Counted from the stretch's first letter, positions 51,509 through 61,525 are shown. The stretch is DNA of 64,000 nucleotides from an uncultured candidate division WWE3 bacterium (GCA_963765125.1 CAVXUZ010000004.1:64792-128791), one strand, 5' to 3'. Numbers and translations are program-made. The notes: generated by a model from the sequence alone, not told the origin.

Positions 51509-53707
51509 TTATTGTTGGGGTTTATCTTTATCTATTGTAAATGAGTCATTCCCTCGAAGATCGCGTGTATTTCCAGCCTCACCAAACCTTATTCCATCTT
51601 CAGGCGCCTGCTGTGCTTGCGGTGCTTGCGGTGGTTGATAATATGCTGGTTTTACAACATTTTGCTGTGCAGGAGATGCGCCGGCTCGATAGGCTGTCTG
51701 TTCTGGAATATTTTGAGCTCCTGGCGTTCCCACTACGGTAACATTGGGTGGTTGCTGCATATAGGCAGGCCTAATGTTTCCTTGAGCATCTAGAGTTTCG
51801 TATTTGTTAGGGTCAAAAACTGCGTCAGGTGTGGGGCGATAAGTATTTCTTTGCGGAGCTTGCGTTTCTTCGGTTAATTTTCCTTTATCCCTCATACGCA
51901 ATATTTCTTCAGGATTTGTCGTTATGAGATTATGCTCTGCCTGTGACGCTTTAATTCTTATAGCAACGTGATTTGCGCCAGCAAAAAATAATCCTTCTCC
52001 AATATCGGCTGCGAGTAAAAGTCTTCGCTCACCTTCAGAAAGGTAAAATGTTTCTGCAACTCGATCAATTGCCGCCGGATGCTGTTTGAGAAGAATTTGG
52101 ATTGATGAGTTTGTAACGATTGCCTTGCCGTAATCAGAACGTAGAAAATCATCAACATCTTGTGAAACCGTAGTCAGGCCTAAATAATATTTTCTCGCTC
52201 TTTTCGCAACACCATAAATAAATCTCGCGCTATCGTCATTTTGCATAAGATACCAGGCCTCTTCAACGATTAGAATTCTCTTCTTCAAATCTCGGCGTAT
52301 CTTCGTCCAAACAAAATCTAAAATGATATAGAAAGCTACCGGTCGTAAAACTTCGTCTTCAATATTCTTTGTTGAGAAGACTGACATTCTACCGTTTATA
52401 TCTATTGAAGATTGTGAATCAAAAATTCCCGCCATCGATCCTCTAATATATTTCTCTAACCTATCTGCCATTCCGCGCGCCTCTTCTTCTTGTGCGCCCC
52501 GCAACACTTTGTAGAGGTCTTCCATGATTGGAGGCTCATTATTCATCTGGGTTTCAGGGTCTGTGGTAATACCTTTAACTCTGTAGGTTTCGATAAGAGC
52601 ACGATCTAAAATTGCTTCTTCAGACGGGTTGAGCGCTCCCATCATTAATTTAAGTAATGTGTGTAATGAAAGTAATTTTTGGCTTAATTCATTTTCACCC
52701 TCAACAACAACACCCGATAAATCAAAAGGATTTATTTTATGTTTTGAGCTTGGTGAAAAGTCTATATAGTTTCCACCAACTGCAGTACATAAACTTCGAT
52801 ACTCTTCTTCAGGATCGATAATCATAACTTCGGCACCAAAAACCATTAAACGTAAAGCCTCGAGTTTTACATAGTAAGATTTACCAGCTCCAGATTTTGC
52901 AAAAACAACCGAATTGGCATTTTCCATCGAGAAACGGTCAAAGACGACGAGCGACCCGTTGTGCATATTTATTCCGTACATAATTCCCTCATCTGAAGTT
53001 AGATCTGAAGAAGTGAATGGAAATGTCGTCGCCAAACTTGTAGTATCCATATTTCTCGTAATAAGAAGTTTATCTGCAGCCATCGGCAATGACGATTGAA
53101 ATGCTTCTTCCATTTGAAGGGTTGCTGGTTTGGAGATTAGTAGCAATGAACTGAGCGTAGACTCTAGCCTGCTCGAAACTGTGTCGAGTTCATCTACAGA
53201 GTCGGCGGTAATTGTTATATAAAAAGAGAACTGAAAATATTTTTCTACACCTTTAACTAGTTGCTCTTGCAATGATGTTGCATCTTCTAGTGCTGCTCTC
53301 ACGACAGGATCGGTAACTCTTCCTTTTTCACGGTCAGAAAGTTCTGTAGCTTCGAGCTCAGTAATCTTTCTTCGCAAATCTTCCAAAATCATTTTTGCTC
53401 TTACAGGATAATAAAACATCGATAAATCAAGCGAGTGATCGAAGTTGATTATTGGTGAAAGCCAATTTGCACCCACAAACCTTGGGTAGCCTGAGATAAA
53501 TAATGTTCTGTAATAGTTGTTTCCGATTTTTAAGTGGTTAAAGTCAACCTCAATCGCCGAAGGGGCAATAATATCCCTAACGTTAAGCATCCCCCTTGCA
53601 AGAATTTCTGGTGCCGTGCCTTCCCCGCCCGGTCCCTCAACCATAGAGTTATTTGGTGTTTTTTGTTCTTTCTTTTTAAAAAAGTTTAAATCAGGTAATA
53701 ATGCCAT
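51509..53707 (-). CDS. VirB4/TrsE/PrgJ-like type IV secretion ATPase (major part)
   Basis: Walker A FAKSGAGKSYY and Walker B ILIVEEAWYLM (DEAW-type). Conserved Gram-positive VirB4 segment YYRTLFISGYPRFVGANWLSPIIN. Has a P/Q-rich 120-aa C-terminal tail. Confidence 0.75.
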   Translation of the reverse strand: MALLPDLNFFKKKEQKTPNNSMVEGPGGEGTAPEILARGMLNVRDIIAPSAIEVDFNHLKIGNNYYRTLFISGYPRFVGANWLSPIINFDHSLDLSMFYYPVRAKMILEDLRRKITELEATELSDREKGRVTDPVVRAALEDATSLQEQLVKGVEKYFQFSFYITITADSVDELDTVSSRLESTLSSLLLISKPATLQMEEAFQSSLPMAADKLLITRNMDTTSLATTFPFTSSDLTSDEGIMYGINMHNGSLVVFDRFSMENANSVVFAKSGAGKSYYVKLEALRLMVFGAEVMIIDPEEEYRSLCTAVGGNYIDFSPSSKHKINPFDLSGVVVEGENELSQKLLSLHTLLKLMMGALNPSEEAILDRALIETYRVKGITTDPETQMNNEPPIMEDLYKVLRGAQEEEARGMADRLEKYIRGSMAGIFDSQSSIDINGRMSVFSTKNIEDEVLRPVAFYIILDFVWTKIRRDLKKRILIVEEAWYLMQNDDSARFIYGVAKRARKYYLGLTTVSQDVDDFLRSDYGKAIVTNSSIQILLKQHPAAIDRVAETFYLSEGERRLLLAADIGEGLFFAGANHVAIRIKASQAEHNLITTNPEEILRMRDKGKLTEETQAPQRNTYRPTPDAVFDPNKYETLDAQGNIRPAYMQQPPNVTVVGTPGAQNIPEQTAYRAGASPAQQNVVKPAYYQPPQAPQAQQAPEDGIRFGEAGNTRDLRGNDSFTIDKDKPQQ

Positions 53708-53710
53708 TTT

Positions 53711-54409
53711 TTATTCCTCTACAATTGCAGGGTTTACAATGGCAGTCTTGTAATCCTCAATGTTAGTCCTAATTCTCTGCCCGTGCACTGTGCTCGGGTT
53801 GTAAATATCAAAATAAAGTTCAACGAGTTCTTGAGTAGAAAGTTGTCTTGCACGAACTCCTAATCTTCCGAATTCTTTTAGCATGTGGTCGACTTTAGGA
53901 ACGAGTTTAATACTCGCCTCTTTTAATACAGCGTCAACGTTTACGCTCACTCTTTTTTTGTATAACCCTGCAAGTTTAATAAAGAAATCAAACGGTCCGG
54001 ATCCTAAGTCTTTTTCTGTAACAAGCCCCGAGGGAACTACCACATAAAACTTTTTAGAAAGAACTTCGTTGGTTTTTATTGTTTCTTGTACAAACTTACG
54101 ATATGACTCAGCTTGAATCTTCATCAATGGGTCATCAATTTTTTGTTCCATTTTGTGAATTTTTTGTATGTATTTTGTAATATCGAGTTGTTTTGATCGT
54201 AAAACCACTTGAATAGGAAATGTAATTGAGTTTAAAAGCATAGCAAACGCAGATATAGTGGCGTCCTGCTCAATTTCTGAAAGCAAATCAAAATTAACTG
54301 CGGTTGTTTCTAATACTGCGCAAACTCCACCGTTTTTTAAAACAACAAAGTTGTTTTTTATCTCGTGTATTTCTAAATGTTCTTGTGTACTGGCAGTTAT
54401 AGCTTCCAT
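53711..54409 (-). CDS. VirB4 N-terminal domain-like protein (separated from the ATPase by an in-frame TAA)
   Basis: VVLKNGGVCAVLETTAVNFDLLSEIEQDATISAFAMLLNSITFPIQVVL resembles the N-terminal segment of Firmicute conjugative VirB4 proteins. Its stop TAA is in the same frame as, and 3 nt from, the ATG of the downstream ATPase ORF. Confidence 0.45.
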   Translation of the reverse strand: MEAITASTQEHLEIHEIKNNFVVLKNGGVCAVLETTAVNFDLLSEIEQDATISAFAMLLNSITFPIQVVLRSKQLDITKYIQKIHKMEQKIDDPLMKIQAESYRKFVQETIKTNEVLSKKFYVVVPSGLVTEKDLGSGPFDFFIKLAGLYKKRVSVNVDAVLKEASIKLVPKVDHMLKEFGRLGVRARQLSTQELVELYFDIYNPSTVHGQRIRTNIEDYKTAIVNPAIVEE

Positions 54410-54412
54410 AAA

Positions 54413-56120
54413 TTAAGAAGACCTCCCTGAAATTTCTATTGGAGGAATAACCTCTCCCTTTACATCTACAGTGATTATATCAAAGGTTACTCCATCGATA
54501 CCTGTACCAATTTCGATTGTGTACACACCGTTCACCAAGGACGTGCTAATTGCAAATTGCCCAAGGCTGTTCGACTTTACAGCGCGTACTGCCTCACCTT
54601 TATGATTTTTGATGAGCAGCACACTTCCTGCGATTGGCTCCCCCTTTGTGTCTTTTAGATATACCTGAAATAATGTTTGGTTCGTTTGTAATTGGCTGCA
54701 TTTTTATATAGGTAGGATCCTTTTTAGGTTGTTCTGTAAATGCCGCTTCTTTTTCTTTTAAGCGCCTCTGTAATTCAAGCACTTGTTGTTGCAACGCGCT
54801 ATAGTCTGCATTCGTCTTACTCTTCTCTTCCTCAAGTTTTGTTACCAACGCCTGCTTCTGCTGTCTCTGCTGGTCTGACTCTTGTGAATTATTAATATCT
54901 CTTTTCAACTGTTCGATCTCTTCAGAAAGTTTTTCATTTTCTTGTTTAACCTTGTTAACTACATCCTCTGCCTCGTAAATCTTTTGTTTTGAAGATGCGT
55001 CTTGTGGAATATCAGCCGCAGAAATTATTCCTTTAAACTGGTCGTCTCCTTTTATCTGGTTTAATAATTTTCTTAGTTGGTCAGTTCTTTTATTAATATC
55101 TTCTTCAATATTTTGCTGTTCACTGGTCTGCAACACAACCTCTCCCCTTACGGGAAGTATAAGTTGTCCCTCTGACGGCAGTAAATTGGTAAATCTTCTA
55201 CCTACGTGACGTTCGGGAGATGCTTGATTAGCATCAAAGTTTGAGTGGGGAAACGTTCGCTTTACCGGTTTTGTTGTTTGGCTGGCTTCTCTTTGCATTT
55301 TTTTAATAATTGGTTGAATCTGTGGACGTGGCTTTTGTTCTTCTACCGCAGCAGCTACGGGTTGGGGGCTTGGTGCTTCTTGTGGTTTGCTTTGTTGCTC
55401 ATTAACAGCTAATGACTTGTTTGCCTGTACGTCCGGTGCTTTGTTCTGTGATTCAGCTATAGATGCGCTAAAAGGTACAAAAACCTGCGATTCCTGAGGC
55501 ATTGGTGCAGATGGAAATATCTGCGAAGGCTCACTTGGGGCCTCAACCGCAACTTCAACGGGAGCTGCTGCGGCACTTGCAAAGTCTTGTTTTGCTACGG
55601 CAGACTCGCGGCGTACTTCTTGGCCAAACGCGTCTTGAACTTTTTTTAAAAATGCCTGCTCTGGAATGTCCAAAGGGTCGATTTCACGCTCCTCGTGCTG
55701 TTTTTCTAGGTATTCTTCGAGTTTTCTTCTGCTGGATGTCGGCGCTAGAGTTATTAATTCCTGGCGCACCATATGAATATTTTGGTAGGTAAACGCTGCA
55801 GGAAGTATCGCCTCTTTTTTCCACAGTAAGTGTGTTGGCGCGTACACTGCTTTAATAAAATTGATTATCCATTCATCCATACCTCTTTCTTGAATTGGTA
55901 CAAACGCTAAAGCCAACCCAATTAATATAAAAAAGAGAACCGTTGGCAGTTTAAACGCTCCTAAGGGAGAAAGGTTAGCTACATACGCTGCTAACGCAAA
56001 AACAAGAAGGTAGGTAAACTGTCTCATTGTTAAATCACCAATGAGTTTAAATTCAACATCCATTATGTTCTGTGGAACAGCATGCTGAGAATGTGTTTTT
56101 TGAGCTTCTTTAATAGGCAT
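54413..56120 (-). CDS. PrgI/VirB3-like membrane protein fused to a coiled-coil and a C-terminal carboxypeptidase-regulatory-like beta-sandwich (frameshifted)
   Basis: N-terminus VPQNIMDVEFKLIGDLTMRQFTYLLVF + two TM + YAPTHLLWKKE matches the PrgI family. A long heptad region follows. The C-terminal domain LKDTKGEPIAGSVLLIKNHKGEAVRAVKSNSLGQFAISTSLVNGVYTIEIG is split between ORFs 54600-56120 and 54413-54622 by a 1-nt frame change near 54640-54680. Confidence 0.55.
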
Positions 56121-56144
56121 GGCTTAGGTATTTATATTTTACAC

Positions 56145-59100
56145 TTATTCCAACATCACAAACAGTTCCAAATCACCTTTTAGCTCACCAGACGTGAAAA
56201 TTGTGTTTTCTGATGATTTTAGAAACTCAGCACCATCAATAAAGTTCATGCCGAACGGAATCCCAAATGAATACGAGTAGGCGTCTTGGTGCGTCCCCGC
56301 CTGTTTTTGCCATAACAAACTGTATTTTGTTTGTTCTTTGGTGATTGATAAATTCTGGGGTAAATCATAGTAAAGCACTACCTTTGCGCTATTTCCGGGC
56401 TCGAGCTTAAAATTTGTTTCAAAAGAAGTGTAGGGCTCAACATTTGCTATAACAACCTCGTTGAAGATATCGTTTTCTAATGCGGAATTGTAAATAATTT
56501 TTGCACCAGTTAGTTTTGCACCTTTTTGTGCCAATACCCTCAAATAATTTGTGTAAGGTCCGCCGGGCCAAGCGCTATCTGTCCCTGTATGTTCATAATT
56601 TAATGCTAATTCTGCCCTAAGAAGCCCGTCGCGGGTTAAACTCATAACCTTATATGCCATATCTTCCTTAACGTAGTAGTTTGCCTTAGTACCACCTAAA
56701 TTAGCATTTACTACCTGTAGATAGTCACCTTCAGTTTTTTTCAAACTGCCGTTCCAACCTTTGTCCATAAGTACAGCCTCAATGGGGCTTGAAAATAGGT
56801 GAACTTGCAAGTGCCTTTCTTGTAAAACCTCAGAAAGAGCCATACCCAAAACCTGTGTTTTTTCTTTTTCTAATGCAAAAAGCGATTCTAGAAGCTTACT
56901 TCCAAAAACTGTTAGAAATTGTCTTTTTTGTTGAGAGCCAGATTCAAAATTATAAGATGAATGAAATTGTGTACGCTCATATAAATTGTCTACGTTTATC
57001 TCTTCGTTGTAGGCGGTTAAAAATATTGGTCCGGTAATCTTTAGCATTGCGGCGGCAACATTTAAGTCTAGGGCGATAACGCCGTCAATGGTCTCGCCGT
57101 TTAGCCTAAAAAATAAATCCCTAATTGTTTCAGCACTCCTTGGAAAATCCGGATCCCAGTTTGCGTTTCTAATGTAAAGCCTATCTTCGGTTAAAAATTT
57201 GCCGATGGGTTCGGGCGTAATAACTTTTATGTTTCTTACATCCAGCTGACCGTCGGGGTTGTAAATGTCATCAATGCTAAGTTCTTGGATTTTTCCATCT
57301 TTTAGGGATAAGAATGCGTAAGACCCAATAAACCCACCTGTTGGTCTTATTTCGTTGTTATTCTGAAAAAGCACCAAATACTTCTTTGGGGTCTCAAATC
57401 CAATCAAACTGGGTAAATCACCCATCACAGAATTTGCAAGCTCTAGGCCCTCTGTTGAAGTTTTAAGCACCTCCGAATAAGGCTCAACCGCGTCTTTCAT
57501 CAACGCTGGAAGGTAGTTTGAATCAACCTCATTAAACTCGGCAATAGCTAGCTGAAGATTATTTTTTGCGTCTGAGAGATAAAGCTTCGAGTCTTCCAAC
57601 GTTTTGGGATCAAACTGCTTTGTTGAATCAGGTTTTAGTGAGTCCCAAATGTCAGATAGCGGAGAAATCGACATTGATAAATCAGCTGCTACGCTCGAAA
57701 AATAAGACACGGAGTTAATAAATTTTGAAGTAGATTTATAGTCATCGTATTTTCCAAACAATTTATAAATCCAGTCTAAGCTCGAAAAATACTTTTTTGC
57801 GTTTAAAAATTCTTTGTGCGCGTTGTCTGCTTTTACTGCCGCACCCTTAGAATCAAATCTCGTAATCATTTCGGGGACTTCTTCAAGATCTGACATCGCC
57901 CTTTTAGCCGAAGAGTAGGTTTGATAACCCGGCAATATTACAAAAACTGACAGAAAAGATAAAACAACAATTACGAAAACAGAAAATTTACTTGCAAGAC
58001 TTATTTTTGGTAAAACGATGCTGAATTTGCCTAAATTCAATCTTGGTAAATGAAAAGCAATTTTATTTCTTTTTATTTTTGGGATTTCTTTTAAGTTAGT
58101 AATTTTTCTTTGGTTATAGTTTTCTTGGTACGATGACTGCTGTTCTTGCGGTGCCTGTTTTTGAAATGCAAAACTCTGGTATACGGGAAGCGCAGGCGTT
58201 TGCTTTGAGGGGTCAGTTAGCTTATCAATAAGTTTTGCGTTTTTAAACGCGTGCTCGTTTACTTGATAACCAAACCAATTTAAAGTGGTGACGATACCGT
58301 CTTTAAGCGAAACTTTCGGCTCCCATTTTAGGTAAATGAGATTGTAGGTATCTGGCTTAAATTCTTTTACTTCGCTCGTTGCGCCTTCATCTTCGAATTT
58401 AATTTCTACACGCCTATCTGCCAAGCTTCTAATTAAATAGGTGGTTTCAATCAGCGACATCGAATCATTTGGAACTAGAGAGTAAATCCCTCCAGTAGTA
58501 CCATCGTTTAGAAGGGCTTTGATCATTCCTGAAACTGCGTCGTTGATGTAAAGATAATATTCTTTTTTTGCACCATCGCCTTTAATTACAAAAGGTCGAC
58601 CCTCAACCAAATCTCTAAATAATTTACCCAAACTCCCGCTGGCGTCAAAACTCATTCGAGGACCGTATACTTCAGGCAGTCTTACAATTCTGACGTTCGT
58701 ATTGTGTTTTTTGTGGTATTCAAAAACTAATGCCTCGGCGTATCTTTTAGCTTCAGCCATACCATATTTTTTCTCTTCGAACCCGGTTTTTCCAAAATAA
58801 GAATCAATACTGAGCTGTGACATTTTACCTTCATAGACGTCAATCGTTGAAGCCAACAAAAATTTAGCCTCTGACCTATTTGCTAAATCTAAAAGATTTT
58901 TAGTGCCAAGTGCATTTGTCAAAAGCGAATCTAAATCAACAGTGTCTTTGCTAAAAAGATATTCTTCTAAACCAGCTATATGAAAAATATAATCAACAGA
59001 TTCAATATCTTGGGGTAACCCTTCGTTTATATCAACATCGTAAAGAGCGAATTTTGGGTTGGTAAGTAAATGGTTTACGTGAATTTGTTTACCGGTTCTA

Positions 59101-59255
59101 AAATTATCTAATACGATAACTCTCGCTTCTTTTTGGAGTAAAACCTCTGCTAAATGAGATCCTATAAACCCTGCGCCGCCGGCTATAAGAATCGTTGGAG
59201 CAAGGGATGACTTTTTAATCGTACTACTTGTTTGCATCTTGGGCAGTAAATACAA
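56145..59255 (-). CDS. fusion protein: N-terminal NAD-dependent sugar epimerase/dehydratase, TM segment, large C-terminal DUF4012-like domain
   Basis: GGAGFIGSHL Rossmann motif and YxxxK SDR core (about 330 aa). Then a hydrophobic anchor (FSVFVIVVLSFLSVFVIL). Then an about 600-aa domain with IRPTGGFIGSYAFLSL, which I recall as DUF4012-like. Confidence 0.6.
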   Translation of the reverse strand: MYLLPKMQTSSTIKKSSLAPTILIAGGAGFIGSHLAEVLLQKEARVIVLDNFRTGKQIHVNHLLTNPKFALYDVDINEGLPQDIESVDYIFHIAGLEEYLFSKDTVDLDSLLTNALGTKNLLDLANRSEAKFLLASTIDVYEGKMSQLSIDSYFGKTGFEEKKYGMAEAKRYAEALVFEYHKKHNTNVRIVRLPEVYGPRMSFDASGSLGKLFRDLVEGRPFVIKGDGAKKEYYLYINDAVSGMIKALLNDGTTGGIYSLVPNDSMSLIETTYLIRSLADRRVEIKFEDEGATSEVKEFKPDTYNLIYLKWEPKVSLKDGIVTTLNWFGYQVNEHAFKNAKLIDKLTDPSKQTPALPVYQSFAFQKQAPQEQQSSYQENYNQRKITNLKEIPKIKRNKIAFHLPRLNLGKFSIVLPKISLASKFSVFVIVVLSFLSVFVILPGYQTYSSAKRAMSDLEEVPEMITRFDSKGAAVKADNAHKEFLNAKKYFSSLDWIYKLFGKYDDYKSTSKFINSVSYFSSVAADLSMSISPLSDIWDSLKPDSTKQFDPKTLEDSKLYLSDAKNNLQLAIAEFNEVDSNYLPALMKDAVEPYSEVLKTSTEGLELANSVMGDLPSLIGFETPKKYLVLFQNNNEIRPTGGFIGSYAFLSLKDGKIQELSIDDIYNPDGQLDVRNIKVITPEPIGKFLTEDRLYIRNANWDPDFPRSAETIRDLFFRLNGETIDGVIALDLNVAAAMLKITGPIFLTAYNEEINVDNLYERTQFHSSYNFESGSQQKRQFLTVFGSKLLESLFALEKEKTQVLGMALSEVLQERHLQVHLFSSPIEAVLMDKGWNGSLKKTEGDYLQVVNANLGGTKANYYVKEDMAYKVMSLTRDGLLRAELALNYEHTGTDSAWPGGPYTNYLRVLAQKGAKLTGAKIIYNSALENDIFNEVVIANVEPYTSFETNFKLEPGNSAKVVLYYDLPQNLSITKEQTKYSLLWQKQAGTHQDAYSYSFGIPFGMNFIDGAEFLKSSENTIFTSGELKGDLELFVMLE

Positions 59256-59356
59256 ATAACCATTTTTTGTTGTAATTACCTATGTTTAAGTATATTTTTA
59301 AACCCATACTTTTACAATGAGAATTGTATAACTAGCTGTGGTAGAATCGGCTTACT

Positions 59357-59986
59357 ATGGATTTAAAAGAACTACTTATTACAATAAAAAAAGAACGTAT
59401 TTTGGTGTTTATCTTGACCATTTTATTTGCATTTGTTGGTCTGGCAGCAAATTATCTGCTTCCACCTTGGTTTTACGCAAGCGGCTCACTTTTTGTGAAA
59501 AGGGCGGTATATCCATATGCAGAGGATCATTTTACCTATGAAGGCTATTACGGCCAACAGGCGGCAATCGAGTATACAAACTCAATCATTAGTCTCATAG
59601 AGAGTGAAGACGTAAGAGCAGCAACGCTCCAAAAACTTGGTGCAGATATCAATGAAAAAAACCTACGAACATATGATAAAAAAATAAAAACTACAAAAGC
59701 CGGCCCCCAAGTAATTACAGTAACAACAAGAGGTAAAACAAGAGAAGACGCAGAAGCATTATGGAAATCAGTTACAGACAGCACTCTGGCCTCGGTCACA
59801 AAAATAAGTTCTGCTAACGACCCGTTTATAGGAATTACAAAAATTTCAGAAAAACCAGTGTTAAAAGAGAATTATACAGATCCTTCAGTATTTTCCGTTA
59901 CGGGAATGCTAATTGGTTTTGCCTTATCTACGCTTGTACTTGCTGTAAAAAGTTATTTTTCTGATTTAAAAAAACAAAGGAAATGA
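59357..59986 (+). CDS. Wzz/YveK-like polysaccharide chain-length determinant domain protein
   Basis: Two TM helices (N- and C-terminal) flank a roughly 140-aa extracytoplasmic domain, with a basic C-tail. Divergent from the epimerase-DUF4012 gene. Confidence 0.45.
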   Translation: MDLKELLITIKKERILVFILTILFAFVGLAANYLLPPWFYASGSLFVKRAVYPYAEDHFTYEGYYGQQAAIEYTNSIISLIESEDVRAATLQKLGADINEKNLRTYDKKIKTTKAGPQVITVTTRGKTREDAEALWKSVTDSTLASVTKISSANDPFIGITKISEKPVLKENYTDPSVFSVTGMLIGFALSTLVLAVKSYFSDLKKQRK

Positions 59987-60387
59987 CATACAAATTGTTT
60001 ACAGATGGTGGTGCTCGCGGTAATCCTGGTCCTAGCGCCGTCGGTGTTGTAATACAAAATGATGCTGGAGAAATTATCTACGAACTATCTAAATTTATAG
60101 GCAACGCAACAAATAACGAGGCTGAATACAAAGCTCTACTCTACGGTATCAGAGAGGCGGTAGAAAAAAAGGTTGATCATATGGAAGTGTATATGGACAG
60201 CGAACTCGTCGTAAAACAAATGAGGCGTGAATACAAGGTTAAGAACGCACAACTACTTACGACATTTAATGAGATTGTTTCATTATTAAGTAATTTTAAA
60301 AATATTTCTTTTACTCATATAAGAAGAGAGAAAAATAAGAGGGCTGACGCTTTGGTAAATCAAGCGCTCGATCAAAATGGCTTCTGA
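59983..60387 (+). CDS. rnhA: ribonuclease HI
   Basis: LFTDGGARGNPGPSAVGVV, NNEAEYKALL and YMDSELVV carry the DEDD catalytic residues of the RNase H fold. Confidence 0.8.
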   Translation: MTYKLFTDGGARGNPGPSAVGVVIQNDAGEIIYELSKFIGNATNNEAEYKALLYGIREAVEKKVDHMEVYMDSELVVKQMRREYKVKNAQLLTTFNEIVSLLSNFKNISFTHIRREKNKRADALVNQALDQNGF

Positions 60388-61255
60388 AAATCCAAGACCA
60401 AGAGCAAAAGAAAAAGCTTGTGACAGAGCAATTCAAAAAACATTAGCTTATAGTGCGGTGTTCAATTACCCTGTGAGTAAATTTCAACTTTACACATTTC
60501 TCCGCACAAGAAGCAATTTTGAAGAAGAGTTTTTTGAAAAATCTTTAAGAAGACAGGTCAAAAAAGGACACGTTAAAGCACGCGATGGAAAATACTACTT
60601 GCCGCAAAATAGACCAGTCAGTTGGAATTTGAGAGACAAATATACTAAAGATCTTCTCGGAGAATCAAAATTGGGTTTTAGCTTATTAAATAAAATTCCT
60701 TGGATAAAAATGCTTGCCGTAACGGGAGCTGTTGCTTCGAACAATGCGGGCAAAGACGATGATATTGATATATTTATCGTCACGCAAAAAAATAGAGTTT
60801 GGTTAACAAGATTTTTTACATATGTAATTTTAAAAATAATTGACAAATACGCGCAAGGAAAAAACAATCAACGAAAATTCTGCTGCAATCTTTTTGTTGA
60901 TGAAACTAAGATAAAATGGCCTGAAGACAAGCAAAACGCGTATATAGCATATGAGATCGCGAGCATGCATCCAATAATTGACCGTACGCAAACCTATTTT
61001 AGATTTTTAAAACAAAATGATTGGATTTTTTCTTATTTTAAAAATTACCATATAACTTTTCCTGAAAAATTAAAAAAACTCGCCGCGGGAAGTTTCTGGG
61101 TGGATAGACTCGAAGACTTAGCAAGAAAATTTCAACTTAATTACATGAAAAGTAAAAAAACCACAGAGGTCACCACTAAACATCTTATACATTTTAATAA
61201 CCACGATCATACCGAAACTGTTTTACAGCAATTTAAGGAACTTGCCGAAGAATAG
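60377..61255 (+). CDS. nucleotidyltransferase-domain (Pol-beta superfamily) protein
   Basis: G(A)xxxNNAGKDDDIDIFIV matches the GS-x(n)-DxD minimal NTase motif, as in ANT/Lnu-type and other MNT proteins. Confidence 0.4.
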   Translation: MASENPRPRAKEKACDRAIQKTLAYSAVFNYPVSKFQLYTFLRTRSNFEEEFFEKSLRRQVKKGHVKARDGKYYLPQNRPVSWNLRDKYTKDLLGESKLGFSLLNKIPWIKMLAVTGAVASNNAGKDDDIDIFIVTQKNRVWLTRFFTYVILKIIDKYAQGKNNQRKFCCNLFVDETKIKWPEDKQNAYIAYEIASMHPIIDRTQTYFRFLKQNDWIFSYFKNYHITFPEKLKKLAAGSFWVDRLEDLARKFQLNYMKSKKTTEVTTKHLIHFNNHDHTETVLQQFKELAEE

Positions 61256-61273
61256 TAGTGCTATACTCACTAA

Positions 61274-61474
61274 ATGAGTAAATGGGAATATAAAATATTC
61301 AAAGTAAAAGTTTCAAGATTTTTTGAAGGTGACTTCAGTACAGACAAAACAGAAAATTCATATAATCATCTTGGCAAAGAGGGCTGGGAACTAGTAAGTT
61401 CTTTTGATCTAAATATGGACGAGGGTCAATCTAGTATGGTCGTCGCGATTTTTAAAAGACCGCTTCACGAATAA
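61274..61474 (+). CDS. small hypothetical protein (DUF4177-like, MSKWEYK N-terminus)
   Basis: 66-aa ORF followed by a hairpin terminator (AACGCCCGGCGTT). Confidence 0.35.
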   Translation: MSKWEYKIFKVKVSRFFEGDFSTDKTENSYNHLGKEGWELVSSFDLNMDEGQSSMVVAIFKRPLHE

Positions 61475-61525
61475 AAAACGCCCGGCGTTTAACCGAGCGC
61501 TTTTTCTCCATTAACTTTAACTAAG

